A DNA stretch of 64,000 nt from Negaprion brevirostris (lineage: Eukaryota): NCBI GenBank assembly GCA_030324005.1, contig JARDVH010000106.1, positions 54,251,894-54,315,893 on the forward strand. Direction: 5' to 3'. Positions 1-13,483 of this stretch are shown one piece after another. Position numbers and translations under genes: made by a program. Below the pieces are notes generated by a model that was not told the origin of the DNA, ran no database searches, and saw nothing but the letters and a program-made list of their open reading frames with translations. Every line of letters begins with the position of its first letter. Within the stretch, counting starts at the first letter, position 1.

Positions 1-133
1 TTATTATTTAGTGTCACAAGTGGGCTTACAATAACATTTCAATGAGGTTAGTGTGAAAATCCCCTAGTCGCCTCACTCTGGCACCTATTCGAAGACACTG
101 AGGGAGAATTAGCATGGACAATGCATCTAACCA
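1..133 (-). mobile_element. V-SINE (HE1-like) 3' half, 'TAAA-tail' subfamily; split by a CR1 insertion
   Basis: Matches the full copy at 46738-47041 (tagtgtcacaagt...gtgaaaatcccctagtcgcc...gagggagaattagcatgg...ctaacc). It resumes at ~1166. Confidence 0.85.
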
Positions 134-1165
134 AATAAGAATTAGAAGCAGGCCATCTGGCCCCTCGAACCTGCTCCGCCATTCAATAAGATCGTGGCTG
201 ATCTTTTCGTGGACTCAGCTTCACTTACCTGCCCAATCACCATAACCCTTAATTTCTTTGCTGTTCTATCCTTGTATTAAAAACATTCAATGAAATAGCC
301 TCAACTGCTTCATTGGGCAGGTAATTCCACAAATTCACAACCCTGTGAAGAAGTTCTTCCTCAACTCAGTCCTAAATCTGCTTCCCTTATTTTGTGGCCA
401 TGCCTCCTAGTTCTAGTTCATCCATCAGTGGAAGCTACTTCCCTGCTTCTATCTTATCTATTCCCTTCATAGTCTTGTGTTTCTATAAGATCTCCCCTCA
501 TTCTTCTGAATTCCAATGAGCATAGCCCCAGTCTATTCAATCTCTTCTCATAAGCCAACCCAGTCAACACCGAAATCAACCTAGTGAATCTCCTTTGCAC
601 TCCCTCCAGTTCCAGTATATCCTTTCTCAAGTAAGGAGACCAAAACTGGACATGGTACTCCAGGTGTAACCTCACCAGCATTTTATACAGCTGCAACAAA
701 ACCTTGCTGTTTTTAAACTCCATCCCTCTAGCAATGGAGGACAAAATTCCATTTGCCATCTTAATTACCTTCTGCACCTGCAGACCAACTCCTTGAGGTT
801 CCTGCACAAGGACACCCAGGTCCCTCTGCACAGCAGCGTGCTGCAATTGTTTACCATTTAAATAATAGTCCATTTTGTTGTTATTCCTACCAAAATGGAT
901 GATCTCATATTTACCAATATTGTACTCCATCTGCCAGAGCCTCGCCCATTCACTTAACTATCNNNNNNNNNNNNNNNNNNNNNNNNNNNNNNNNNNNNNN
1001 NNNNNNNNNNNNNNNNNNNNNNNNNNNNNNNNNNNTTTTGACACCTGCATTTGGTCCCCAACTCTGAATCATCTATGTAAATTGTAAACAATTGCAGTCC
1101 CAACACATCCCTGAGGCACACAACTAGTCACTGATCACCAACCAGAAAAACACCCATTTATCCCC
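134..1165 (-). mobile_element. CR1-clade LINE 3' fragment (ORF2 RT C-terminus + 3' UTR)
   Basis: ORF 454..930 reads 'QRDLGVLV...[39 protein letters not shown]...RRMRGDLIE'. A CR1 tail lies at 134-200. Confidence 0.92.
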
Positions 1166-1323
1166 AACTAGCACATCTTTTGGATTGTGGGAGGAAACTG
1201 GAGCACCCGCAGCAAACCCACACAGACACAGGAGGAACGTGCGGACTCTGCACAGACAGTGACCCAAGCCGGGAATCGAACCTGGGTCCCTGGCGCTAAG
1301 GTAGCATTGCTGACCACTGTGCT
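1166..1323 (-). mobile_element. V-SINE (HE1-like) 5' half: tRNA-derived head + V domain
   Basis: gtgggaggaaactggagcacccg...gacccaagccgggaatcgaacctgggtccctggcgct...gctgaccactgtgc. The minus strand carries the B-box GGTTCGATTCC. Confidence 0.88.
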
Positions 1324-3019
1324 GTCTATTACCCAGGCAGCATTTAACAGAAGAAGAATTAATAAAATTACATTAGCCCCTGTTGTAGTGACAGTGAGGG
1401 AAAATGTCTTAATTTATTTTACAGGAAAATATCAGTTTAACATAAATAAAAGAACCCACAGAAGACTTAAGATGGTTAACAAGTATTCAGAAAGAGCAAG
1501 TATTTGTAATTGAGATCCAATGGACACGCGGCTATGAATATGTAGTCTGAGTGCAGCAGATGGGATCATGGCTCTGGTATGTTGTGTGTTCTTGTCCGTT
1601 GTGTGGGCATTGAGCTGTAGTGTGAAGTTGGTTTATTTAAACACCATTTCCAATGTTCAATATATGCTCCACTGGGTGTGCCCAAAGATTGAGCTTTGGG
1701 TAAAGGATTTGTTATCCAGCAGCAGTTTTGGTCAATCTAGAAGCAACAATGACATTCCAAGATGCTTGTTCAGAGTTAGTAAAGGGAAATGTGTATAGTT
1801 TGTTGGGAATCTGTATTGTTTGGTTCTAGTTTCATTCAGAGAAAAGGAACACATTAACTAAGATTTATCTGGTCTTTGGCAATCTGGAAGTCTGATGTTC
1901 ACCACTGTGTGTCTGACAGATTTCTATGACCTTTGGACAACAGTAAGACTCAGGAATTTTAGTTTTATAAATGGATATTATTTGAAAATGATGTAATCAT
2001 ATTTTGTCCTGCTGTACTGCTTGATAATGTTGCATCTTATGTACCTTAGTGTGATTAAATCATGAAGTTTAATACAGTTGAAAACTTTCCAATTATGCCA
2101 ATCATCCCTTAATGTGTGGCACTGTAAACCCAGTACATTTTCCTCAAGCTCACACATGCAGTAGGAAAGAAACTGAGCTTAGTGAAATGTTATAAAACAT
2201 TTCAAACTGCCAAGTGAATTTAAATTAATGAAATACATTATTTAAATAGGGCTGTTACAAGAACATCTAATCCAGGCGTATGCTTCATGAATGTTCATAT
2301 GGCAGCTGTGAGCTCCATGGTAATGCTTACATTTTTTGGCAAACACGTGTTTTTCAATCGCTGATCTGATTGTTGGTGGAATTTGTTTTGGAGACGTCCT
2401 GCCTATTAGGACCATAAATGTCTGTCCTGACAACTAATAATTGAACTGGATGAAATTAATCACTGTAAACAAATGAACGAGTCTTAATATAAAAACTACA
2501 TGAACTTCCTCCCTTGTGTCACTAGAGAGACTTTAGTGGCTGTGCACTGCAGATTACATAGATTGGGAATTTACTTTTAAGGGTGACATATAATTGCTAT
2601 TGTTTCTCTCTATGAACACTGTCAAATTATTCCAGATTTTTTGGAACATTGATGCATTTTGTAATTCAGTCAGTCCAAAATGTGTATGTTTCTTCATAGG
2701 CTATAGTTGCTTTTAGTCTGATGTTTGTACTTGAAGCAAAATGCCATTGAATAGTGGGTGGTATAGCCGACTAATGGTTCTATTTAGGAAACACTATTTC
2801 AATATTGTCATATGCTTATGCAATAAGTCCCAAACAGCTTAAAAATAGCTCTTACAAATGGCATTAATGCTTGCCTGATAATTCCAAGCTACACGTGTAT
2901 GAGGCAGGAATTGACAAATTCAAGTTCTACTGACCTGAAGTTTCTATTGGAACGCAGGTTTGTTGTTTAGCGTGTGTCATTGGAATATGGTTTATTTATT
3001 ACTGAGCAATACCACTGCA

Positions 3020-3183
3020 GCTGGAACAGCATCAGTTTTGTATTTGAAAGTCGGGAGGTTATGATTCAGTTGTACAGGGCACTAACGAGGCTACATCTGG
3101 AATACTGTGAATAGTATTAGTCACCTTATTTAAGGAAGGATGTAAATGCATTGGAAACAGTTTGGAGAAGGTTTACCAGACTA
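3020..3183 (+). mobile_element. CR1 LINE ORF2 fragment
   Basis: Translates to 'REVMIQLYRALTRLHLEYCE*Y*SPYLRKDVNALETVWRRFTRL'. Confidence 0.8.
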
Positions 3184-3204
3184 AAAACCTGAAGTGAGCA
3201 GGTT

Positions 3205-3900
3205 GCTTTGAGGGTGGTTGCCCTTGAGAAGGTGATGGTGAGCTGTCTTCTTGAAATGCTGCTGTCCACGTGCGATGGGTTGACCCACAGTGCTGTTGGG
3301 GGGGAATTCCAGGATTGTGACGATTGTGAAGGAATGGCAACATAATTCCAAGTCAGGATGGTGAGTAGCTTGGAAGGGAGCTTTCAGTGGTGGCGTTCCC
3401 ACGCATCTGTTGCCCTTGTCATTTTAGATTGAAGTGATTGTAGGTTTGGAAGGTACTGTCTGAGGATCTTTAGGGAATTCCTGCAGTGCATTTTGGAGAT
3501 AGTACACACTGCTGATACTGAGCGTTGGTGATGGGGTGAGTGGATATTTGTGGATGTGGTGCCAGTCTAGTGGGCTGATTTGTCCTGGATGGTGTCAAGC
3601 TTCTTGAGTGTTATTGTGGAGCTACACTCATCCAGGCAAGTGAGAAGTACCCCATCACACACTTGACTTATGCCTTGTAGATGATAGACTGGCCTTGGGA
3701 GTCAGGAATTGAGTTGCTTGTCGTAGTATTCATAACCTTTGACCTGCTCTTGACGCCATGTGTTTATGTAGTCCAGTTGAGTTTCTGGTCAATGGTAACC
3801 CCAAGGATGTTGATAGTGGGGGAATTCAGTGATAATAGCACCATGGAATGTCAAGGAGCAGTGGGTATATTGTCTCTCGTTGCTGATGGTCATTGTCATG
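3205..3900 (-). mobile_element. CR1/L2-group LINE 3' end, second family (clade not resolved)
   Basis: Minus strand gives 'IYKA.VKCVMGYF...KKLDTIQDKSAH' and a 3' UTR ending ...caccttctcaagggcaac. The same family occurs at 18620 and 53040-54495. Confidence 0.7.
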
Positions 3901-5339
3901 TTGTTTTCTCAACCAAATGAAATCAGATGACACAATGACTATTGATATGAATTGTTGGAACATTGAATGTTCCTACATGAAATAGTGACAGGAATATAAT
4001 CCATCATGTGTTTCACATCTGAAATAAAGAGTATGGGAAATAGGAAAAAATGGATTGCTCTTTCTTGTAGCTGTACAGTTACAATGCTTAGCTAAGTTGC
4101 TTCCTTCTGTGCTGTGAAGTTCTATGGTTCCCACATGGAAGTAAAATCTCAGGAGTACTTCCCAACATGTTGAGCAATTCTTTCCTACATCCTCAGCTAT
4201 CTTTTCCCTGCTACGCTATCTATTAAGTAAGATAACACACCTGTTATTTCTTGCTATTATCATTATTTTGTCATGTACTTAGCAGTTTCATTTTGGGTAT
4301 TGCAGTTATGCTTTAAATGGGATAAATGAAATGATTGACAAAACTTCTGGTGTCAAAAGAAACCCTTATATTCCCAGAGCTATTCCATTGACTTAATTAT
4401 GACCAGTCTTGATCCTTACAAAGTTTTTTTTGGATTCAAAAATGCAGGCCCTTGCTGGATTTGCTCCAGCTTGCAATAATACAAAGGAAGAAAGGACATT
4501 CCTTGACAAGCGGAATACGTTGTTCTTTCTGAGAGAATGAAGGCTTTGAATAGACTGATTTGGCCTCACCTCAGTGCTTGGGTAGGGTGAAGGATTTACC
4601 TGCAGGTGGCATACTCTGTCTGCCATATCCTACAGTGATGGCGGCTGACGTTGAACACTTCCAGTAGACAACTGCATCACAATGTCAGGTGGCACTTCCC
4701 CTGGTGGAGGCTGCTGTCAGGAATGGCTCAATCCTGTTGAAGCATTGCTTATTTCCCAGGTATAAATGGGTCATGCACCTTTGCAACATTCACTGCTGCA
4801 AACCTAGCTGTTATCTGTGGGGGTGTCCCAACTTGGAACACCAGTTTGTGGTCGTGTATAATTTTGTTTATGGGAATGGTATGAGGAGTTACGTGGAAGA
4901 CCCAGTGCGAAGTATCCAGCTCAGTATAGTATAACACTTATTAAAAATTACTTATTACAATAAAGAGCAGACATGTACACAAACAGAACTATAATGATCT
5001 AAGACAGCTAAAAATCATAGAGTCCCTACAGTGCAGACAGGAGGCCATTCAGCCCATTGAATTTGCAGTCCCCACCATTATTTGGATCATGAAGCTAACC
5101 TTTTTTGAAGCTAACCTTTTTTTCCACAGGGCTCCAGGTCTTCTTCTTAGTTTTGGAACCTATAAGGGTTGTGCCAGAAGTTGCCTTACCTACAATTGTG
5201 CAGAAGCAAACTTGGCCACTGGGACAAGATGCAGTTTATGGGCTCTTGCTGCTTGTGTGAAGTGGAGGGGAGATGGGCAAGAGGTCAGGATTGGAAGCAT
5301 TCTGAAGAGTACTCTTGTTTCCACCTGCCCTTTCTTCCA

Positions 5340-5910
5340 TCCTCTTTATGACACACCTACACTTACCTGCTCGCTATCAGTTGGAAAGCACTTTGCTGCA
5401 CTTCAGTCAAATGCTGAATGGCCAAGGCAAGGTTTCCCTCAATCATCAGAAGGTGGAACTATGAGTATGCAGGCTATTGGTGGCTGCCATGCCTGATGCT
5501 CCAGGCAGTGGCCAGTCTTTCCATGACTGTAAACTCTCTTTTATTCAATTGTGTATGGTGCTTCTGGAAATGAGACAGCCTCACGTACATTCAACTGCTG
5601 CTCCTGAATAGTCCATTTTGTAAATGTTCCCTAAGACTTAATATCTGCATCCAGCTGAGCAGAGCTTGTAGGGTCCCACGCTCTCCAACAGGAACTCTCC
5701 ACTACAATACCTCTAACATCTATTCCAGCTCATTTGTGATGTGTGCTTTATTTTGGTATGGATATATCCCAGCTTCTGCCACCATACTTTGGCATTTTGT
5801 GNNNNNNNNNNAAAGTCAAGCATTGGTGAAGTTGCACTATGCTATCTTCACTTGCCTAACCTCGATGAGGCTTTGTTTCCCTTTAGACAGACTTGAGATA
5901 GTCAGTATGG
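5340..5910 (-). mobile_element. Highly decayed LINE fragment, possibly RTE clade
   Basis: Only patchy RT C-terminal-like residues on the minus strand (YGGRSWD; VG PYKLCSAG region) with many stops. Confidence 0.3.
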
Positions 5911-6779
5911 TTTAATTTCAAACCCCCATTACAAATAATTTACTCTGAGCAAGTATACAGGACATGGGACACAATGTGTGTGGTGCTGAATTGGTGGAAT
6001 ATGTGCATGGGTTGTCTGATAATACTTCCTCGGAGTGAGTGACCTGCTCTGAGAAATCTTCATCTTCATCTAACATCAGCTCTTGAGGGACAAACCTGCT
6101 CCCCATCCCCCACCACCCTGCCCCCCGTCTGATGTAAGTGGCCACGTTAAAAACCATAGACAAATATGCTGCTGAAACCTTTGGGTTTGTGACATGCTTT
6201 TGGACTTTCCTCACTGTGAGCAGGTCTGACAGTTAAAATGCAGCCTTCTGTTTCAATGTCTCACATGGTTGCCTCTTGCAGCTCAATTCAATCTTGGCAT
6301 TGTGCTCTGAGTATAAATTTGGATTTATAGCAAGCATTAAATAATGGATCATTAATCATTCCTGCACAGTCAGATATTTGGTCCCTCTGGTCAAAACTAA
6401 AATATAGCTGAGGTAAATCCAATACCTACGTGGTGTCTGCACATTTCAGTGTAGGCAGTGTGGTTACCAGGAATTGGAGCTCTATTTTTTGTGGTACCTC
6501 TTAATTTTTAAAGAATTGTTTCCACAAAATCCCCCAGAGTTTGGTGCTGTGCCTATTTAATAATCTTATTATTGATCTTTTTAAATAAATTTTGCCCTGA
6601 AATTAAATTCTCTCTTGCACAAAGGTTGGACTGAGAATAAGGGATAACTTATTTCAAGGACAACTTTATTTTAAAGGGGAAACATTGGACTGGATTGATT
6701 TTCTGGAATAAATGGACATTTCAGCTTTAATGCTGCCATGCTTCCTTTTTTTGCAGTCTTCTACCTTGAAAAAACTCTT

Positions 6780-7163
6780 AGAATATAAAAGCAGGGAGGT
6801 CTTGCTGCAACTGTACAAGGCAATGGTGAGGCTGCAACTGGAGTACTGTGTGCAGTTTTGGTCCCCTTATTTGTGTAAGGATATATTGGCCTTGGAGGGA
6901 GTACAGAGAANNNNNNNNNNNNNNNNNNNNNNNNNNNNNNNNNNNNNNNNNNNNNNNNNNNNNNNNNNNNNNNNNNNNNNNNNNNNNNNNNNNNNNNNNN
7001 NNNNNNNNNNTTAAGTCACGGGTAGATAGATTTCTGATAGACAAGGGAATTAAGGGTTATGGGGAGAAAGCAGGAAAGTGGAACTGACCTTATTGAATGG
7101 CGGGGCAGGCTCAAAGGGCTAGATGGTCTACTCCTGCTCCTATTTCTTACGTTCTTATGTTCT
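6780..7163 (+). mobile_element. CR1 LINE 3' fragment with tail
   Basis: '[43 protein letters not shown]', then a gap, then the tail ...ctcctgctcctatttcttacgttcttatgttct. Confidence 0.9.
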
Positions 7164-9054
7164 GTCATTCCTGAAATGAAAGCTTTCAAGTACAGGATTC
7201 AAGTTTATGGATAAGAGCAGTGATTACAGGGGAAGATTCAAAGGTTGGATGAAGGATGGTTTGCTTATCCCTTCTTAACCAGTTCTACATTATCATGAGT
7301 GTGCCTTTTTGTCGATGGCATCCAGGCTGAGTAGATTTGCCAAAGAATCAGTCCCTCCTATAAAAATGAATTGGGCTGACACAGGGAACAACTGAGCAAT
7401 ATCAAGATTGCTGGCGAAGCACTTGTACCTTTATTGTGAGAAGGTAATATAGTCACAAAAAGTCTTGATCTGTGGAGGAAGCAGTCTAACTCCTTGGGCT
7501 AGATTTTCATTTACTGGTGGAGGTGGGAATGGGGTCAGGAATCCTGGAATCCTGAAACCCTGAAGTTATTGGCTGAAAAAACAAATTTCTTCATCCTTCC
7601 CAAGCCTGCACTGTTTTTATGTGGCCTTTTCACAGGTTAAGAAAGCTATGATTCATGACCGCGTACACACCTCTTCTGAGATTGGGGTCAGCATTGTGAG
7701 CCATATAGGACATTTGAATTTTCTGTTCTACATTTTTTACGTGTGCTGGTGCAGTGTTTGGAAGCACAGTTTAAAAAAAAATCTGCCTTACTGTAGGGCT
7801 CCTGTTCACTGGGGAAAGCCTGCTGAGGGCCTGTGACATTCCGACAGGTAAATGTTTTGACAACTTCAATTGTCACTATTAGGTGCTGTATTGGAATGTA
7901 AATGTGTTTTATCTGCAGTGACTTTTTTACTGGATCATAGGCCTCTGTTTTGGAAAGGTTAGTTGATCATTATGTTGGTCATTTATTGCTCAAGTGTTGA
8001 GAAGTGTTAGTGTACTTTCCCTTATGCATTTAAAACTGAAGAAAACACTGCTTCTCATCTCTAGTGTAATAATTTTAAATGATTTAAATGCTCAGAGCCC
8101 TGCTAAGTTGGAAATAAAAGCTTGACTTAAAAAGCAAAAGTAGCCACGTGCTCTAGGGCTGCTTTGATTAACATGGCATCTAGTGTAGCTTAGAGAAACT
8201 AATTTTTCCCTGGTTTTAATGAACTCTACTGATTATACTTCCCAGGGTTTGGTTTGACAGCTGAGACCAGTTTGAATGTTTTGCTGAGTTTTAAAAGCTA
8301 ATGAATGAGGAAACTGCTCTTATTTTGATGGTTTTAATTTTTTTTGTTTAAGGATTTTCTGCCTTTGATTTGAGGTGTATTCTTCTAACACCACATTGGT
8401 CAATTGAGTGGATTTTTAATGGTTTTTGAGTTTTTTTCGGTGTGAAGTGTATTTTATAAGATTTATAGAAGTTAATTTGTTAATTTCATTTCAAAGACAT
8501 CCTGAGGTCATCCCACCGTGATACTGGATAAGTGGCTATGAATGACACATGGAGCATGGAGGGGGCAGATGGAGTATGAAGGAATATGGAGGCAACATGA
8601 GAAGATGAGGGGTCACGGGAGTATAAAGAGACATGGAGGGGGCATGGGAGTGGCTGTGAGGGTTGAAGGGGTGAGTTATGAGATTTAGGGGGCATAAGAA
8701 TGATGTCGGGAGCTGGGCTGGCCAAGAAACATAATGGACCTTCCAACCAATGTGCCTTTACACACACATTTGCACTGTATTTGTGGCTTACAAAACCCAA
8801 CCCCTCTCTGTTCATGATTCTGAGTGGGAAAAGTCTGATGGAAATGGGTTTTTCAGGCTGGGGCATGTTTCAGAAGCTGCCAAGGATCTGACTCACTCTT
8901 TCCTATCCCTAAATGAAAATTCACCCCCTTCAGTTGAAGATTTGAACTTTGTTATTATTCAGAAAGCATTCATTTGTCTTTAAATTACTTTGTTGTTAGA
9001 TAGCAACTCAGTAATATATTAATTTCCAGTTTACACAAAGCAAGTAAAGCTAAA

Positions 9055-9285
9055 GTTTATTTACTAGTCACAAGTAGGCTTACATTAACACTGCAATGAA
9101 GTTACTGGGAAAATTCCATAGTTGCTGGACTCCGGCACTTGTTTGGGTGCAATGAAGGAGAATTTAGCATGGCCAATGCACCTAACCAGTACACCTTTCG
9201 GACTGTGGGAGGAAACTGGAGCACCCGGAGGAAACTCACGCAGACACGGAGAGAACATGCAAACTCTGCACAGACACTTGACCAA
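9055..9285 (-). mobile_element. V-SINE (TAAA-tail subfamily), head truncated
   Basis: tttatttactagtcacaagtaggcttacattaacactgcaatgaagttac...gtgggaggaaactggagcacccggagg...cacagacac. Confidence 0.88.
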
Positions 9286-10549
9286 GCTGTATTTACCTAG
9301 CATAAGATTGCAGTGTCATCAAAAGTGTTCTTCGCAATTCACCTGCTGTGGCACATCAAAAATGTTTAATGCTATTTCACATTTCACAGCTAGTTGGGCT
9401 CTTTGCAAATACCTTACAGTCCTTATTCATCATGCAATAGTTATCATTTATGCTCTGCATAGACAGTAAAAATGTTAGATGTATCAGACTGGAAAGCCTG
9501 CTCAAGGAGTTTAGCATAATTATACATGAGGGGTTGTTGCTATTTGAATTGCATCATCTTGGTGTGAGCTTCATATAATTGGAATATTGCTTCTACCTCA
9601 TTGTTAAAGTGCATTTAGCAATGTAAAGTTCAGGATTTGTGGAACAGCTACAAACTAAACTTGCAATGGAAAGTTAAATCTTGTCCGATCCAGTCTCAAT
9701 GCCCTTCTAACAATGTGATGTGTTAATTATTACCAAACCATCTTTCTGTCACTGAAAATCCAGTATGAAATCTCATTCTTTCAGGGTCCATTGTGGTTGG
9801 AGATGTGAAAAAACATCTACTGTTGCTGTTTTTATTTTTCTCTCCTTAATCCAATATGTATTTTCCCCTCTTTATTTGCACCTGATTTGACATTTTATTC
9901 ACCCAACCTAATTTATACTTTCCTGGCTATCCTTGTGATTTTTTTTTAAAAGTCAGCATTCAATCCGGTTCCCCTGATGCAATGTTGTCAGTTCACACTT
10001 TCAGCACAAAATACCATCATGATTAAATGGACAAATCTAAGTAATGGCTGATGCCATTCATTACCCTCTTTCAACAAAACATGGCTCATGTAAGGCATGA
10101 CGACATAATTGTACCTTGATGAATGTGGCTTTGTAATCAAACAGTGGCAAGAGGAATTAGCTTAGAAAAACATTACAATGACAACCAATATGCAATCAGA
10201 AATAGAACTATGGAACAACTTGGAAAAGAGAAAGGAATATTTCATCAATTGTAGTCAAGAGCTGTAACAGAATTGCTTTCAAACTATCTGGGACTACATG
10301 ATCTGAGCGTTTAATGTATATAGACTGCTTTAACCCCACCCGAGCCAAAAGAATGGGTGATTAAGGACTTGATCTAAAAGAGAGTTTGACGTGAGTAATA
10401 ATCCTCCCCAGAGCAATTGGAGATCTGGTAATATTTATAAAGAGGCTGAAACTTCGGTTGCTGCTTTTATAAAACAAAAAAATCAAGGTAGCTGCTGAAA
10501 ACTCGTCGCAAAGTGCGTATTAGGGAAACCTCTGTATACTAAGAAATTG

Positions 10550-13255
10550 ACAGGGCTTTAGATATCGTGGAACCTTTTGATGAAAATGTGGAACCATAGA
10601 GCTCCTATACTGGGCATTTTGACAAAATGCAAAAGATATTAGGGTGCTCATGTTCCAGAGAGCAATTGGGAGGAGGCAGGGTGGAGGAAAATCTAATCTC
10701 CTCAGATGTTTAGTGCAACTGGGGAAGCCATGCACTAAAACATTTGAACAAATCCCAATATTTTGCAAGCACATTTTTCACTGGAGTCCTTGGTAGTAAT
10801 AGAATGTTTCAGATTCCACAAAACAAATCAAGAGGGGGAATCAAATGTGCAATTCATGGCTGCGTTAAAAGACTTGCAGAATATTGTGAGTTTGGAGATG
10901 TGCCGAATGACACAATTCTGTGGTTTGCAAAGTGAAGTAATAAAGAAATAATTGCTAATCGAGAGCAGCCTAACTGGGAAAAAGGCCGTGGAAATTGCTA
11001 TATTCATGGAACTGGCAGAAAATAAGCTCTGCAACTGAGTTCATGAACTCGTGCACAAAATGTCAGCTGAATCAACAGTTTTAAAACTTGTACATATCAC
11101 TGATGGGCAAAGCCAGGGCACTCAGCTGTGGAATGCTAATGTAAAGATATAGAATGCAGAAGCTGTGATGGTGGGGGGTGGGGGGGGGGGGGTTGGGAGA
11201 GGAGGAAGGGGAAGCGAAGACACAAGAAGCACATCTGCTGGAAGAAAAAGCAACCAAAATAGCACGTAAACAGAAAAAAAGAAAAAGTGTTCATGCTGTG
11301 CAAAAGGGTTGAGAGAAATGAAGTGACTCTAAGGACAAATTATCACTGAATGCACAAGTCATTTTTGATGCTATAAATAGATATTGGGTCATTCTGTTGC
11401 TGGATGGACAGCCAGTAACGTAGGAAGTTGACACTGGGGCGGCAGTCTCTCTGATGCCAGACTGTATATAAAAAATCTCAAACTCACGCTCCCTTGAAAG
11501 CTTCAAGAATAGCGTTGAAGACCTGTACAGGTGACATGATTCCGCTGAAGGGCCGTGTTAAGCGGCACGGTGGAATAGTGGTTAGCACTGCTGCCTCACA
11601 GTGCCAGGGACCAAGATTCGATTCTGCCTTGGATCACTGTCTGTGCGGCATTTTCACATTCTCTCTGCATGCATTGGTTTCCTCCCACAGTCTGGTTATG
11701 TAGATTGGTCATGCTAAATTGTCCCTCATTGTACCTGAACAGGTGCCAGGGGATTTTCACAGTAACTTCACTGCAGTCTTAATGTAAGCCTACTTGTGAC
11801 ACTAATGCATAAAAACGGAATTAACTGTGCAACTTAACGGACAAACAACAGCAGATTTGTCTCTACATGTAGTGAAGAGCAGCATTGACGGTTTGAACAT
11901 GTTTAGGGAAGATTTGACTAGACTGGGCTGAAGTTAGCCTGATGACTAATGGAGAATCAGGCCTAACAAGAAGAAACACATGGTTGTGTTTGGAGGACTT
12001 GGGGAGTATGAAATACATTTCAGTTAAATTTAAGATTTAAAGAAAGAAGGCAAGCAAAGTGCTTGAAGGCAAAGTCGGTATCCTATGCTATCAGGCTGAA
12101 AGTGGAGGCTGACTTGCAAATACTTGTGAAAACAAAAGTCTTGGAACTTGTTGGCATTAATGAATGGGCCACCGCAATATTACCAGTCATCGAGAAGGAT
12201 GGATCTGTAAGGATTTTCGGGGATTTCAAAGTTGCCCTAAATTGAGTAATATGTGTGGAACTATACCCATTACTTCACATCAATAACCTGTTGGCGGGAT
12301 CGGTAGGAGGCCAACATTTTAGCAAATGAAGCTAAACCAGGCTCATTAACAGATGAATATGGACCAGAAGTCGCAGGAACTTCTGACAATTATGACAAAG
12401 GCTTGTTCTGGTTTCAAAGATTGCTGTTTGTCATCACATTAGCTCCTGTGTTTCAAAGAGCAATGGATCAGATCCTGAGTGGACTAAGTGGACTCCAGTA
12501 CCATCTGGATGACATCCTAGTCACTGGAAGTAATGAAGAGGAACATCTTCAGAATTTGGATGCCACTCTTCAGAGATTGGAAGATTATAGGCTGAGAGTT
12601 TGCAAGGACAAGTGAGTTATTTGAGTCCTCCATTGGGTATTTGGGACACTGATGCCATGTGCTATTACAGAGGCACCTGCACCACAGAATATGAACCTTT
12701 TGAACTACTACAGAAGATCTGTCCCAGATTTGGTAACCATTTTAAAACCAGTGCATAACTTGTGCCAGAACAAGAGGTGGAAATGGTCAGGTCAAAGCAA
12801 TAATCTGAAGTCCCTACACATTTTGATCCTACTCTACCCCCGTAGTAAGCATGTGGTGCATCCCCTTAGTGTTGCAGCAGCGGTATCCCACATCCTGCAA
12901 CAGGCAGGTGAAGAAAGATCCATTGCTTTTGCATTTCAAATCTTGAACAAGGCTGAAGGTAACTATGAACCAATTGAAAGAGAAGCATCAGCGACTATCT
13001 TTAGTGTAAAGAAATTCCATTAATTCCTATATGGAAGAAAGTCCACTGACAGACCATCCATTGACCACCATTTTTGGACCACATACGGGAATTGCGTCAC
13101 TGGCAGCAAGTAGAATGCAGAAATGGAAATTGCTGATATCTGCAGATATTTATACTGTCAAGTATCAACAAACAAGTCTATGTTGTAATGCAGATTGACT
13201 GTCAAGATTACTACTACTACCAAGTAGTTTGTCAGCTAGTAATTCATCCAACTAC
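10550..13255 (+). mobile_element. Ty3/Gypsy LTR retrotransposon (Mag-like), decayed gag-protease-RT-RNase H
   Basis: Gag 'EPFDENVE...HFSLESLVVIECFRFHK...LAEYCEFGD...CGLQSEVIKK'. Protease 'LDGQPV.*EVDTGAAVSL' (~11400-11455). RT 'EWATAILPVIEKDGSVRIFGDFKV' and 'YHLDDILVTG'. RNase H 'ERSIAFAF...IEREA' and 'AD*LSRL' (~13190). Confidence 0.9.
11563..11815 (+). mobile_element. V-SINE (TAAA-tail subfamily) inserted in the Gypsy protease region
   Basis: gcggcacggtggaatagtggttagcactgctgcctcacagtgccagggacc...ttcgattc...ggggattttcacagtaacttc...gtaagcctacttgtgacactaatgcataaaa. Confidence 0.88.
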
Positions 13256-13355
13256 NNNNNNNNNNNNNNNNNNNNNNNNNNNNNNNNNNNNNNNNNNNNN
13301 NNNNNNNNNNNNNNNNNNNNNNNNNNNNNNNNNNNNNNNNNNNNNNNNNNNNNNN

Positions 13356-13483
13356 AGCCACATGAACAGACTGGGAATGGAGGGATACAAACAAATGTAG
13401 ACCATTTGTTGGACCTCGGAGCGGCGCAGGCTTGGAGGGCCGAAAGGCCTATTTCCTGTGCTGTATTGTTCTTTGTTCTTTGA
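13356..13483 (+). mobile_element. CR1 LINE 3' tail
   Basis: ...ggagggccgaaaggcctatttcctgtgctgtattgttctttgttctttg, with a (TGTTCTT)n tail. It abuts the start of R2-like copy 1. Confidence 0.75.

Noticed and set aside
1568-1798. 76-aa ORF with a signal-peptide-like start
   Set aside because: TG-rich sequence produces hydrophobic codons by chance. No homology or splice support.
10150-10510. Additional gag-like fragment upstream of the Gypsy element
   Set aside because: Only faint motif similarity with many stops; too weak to call.
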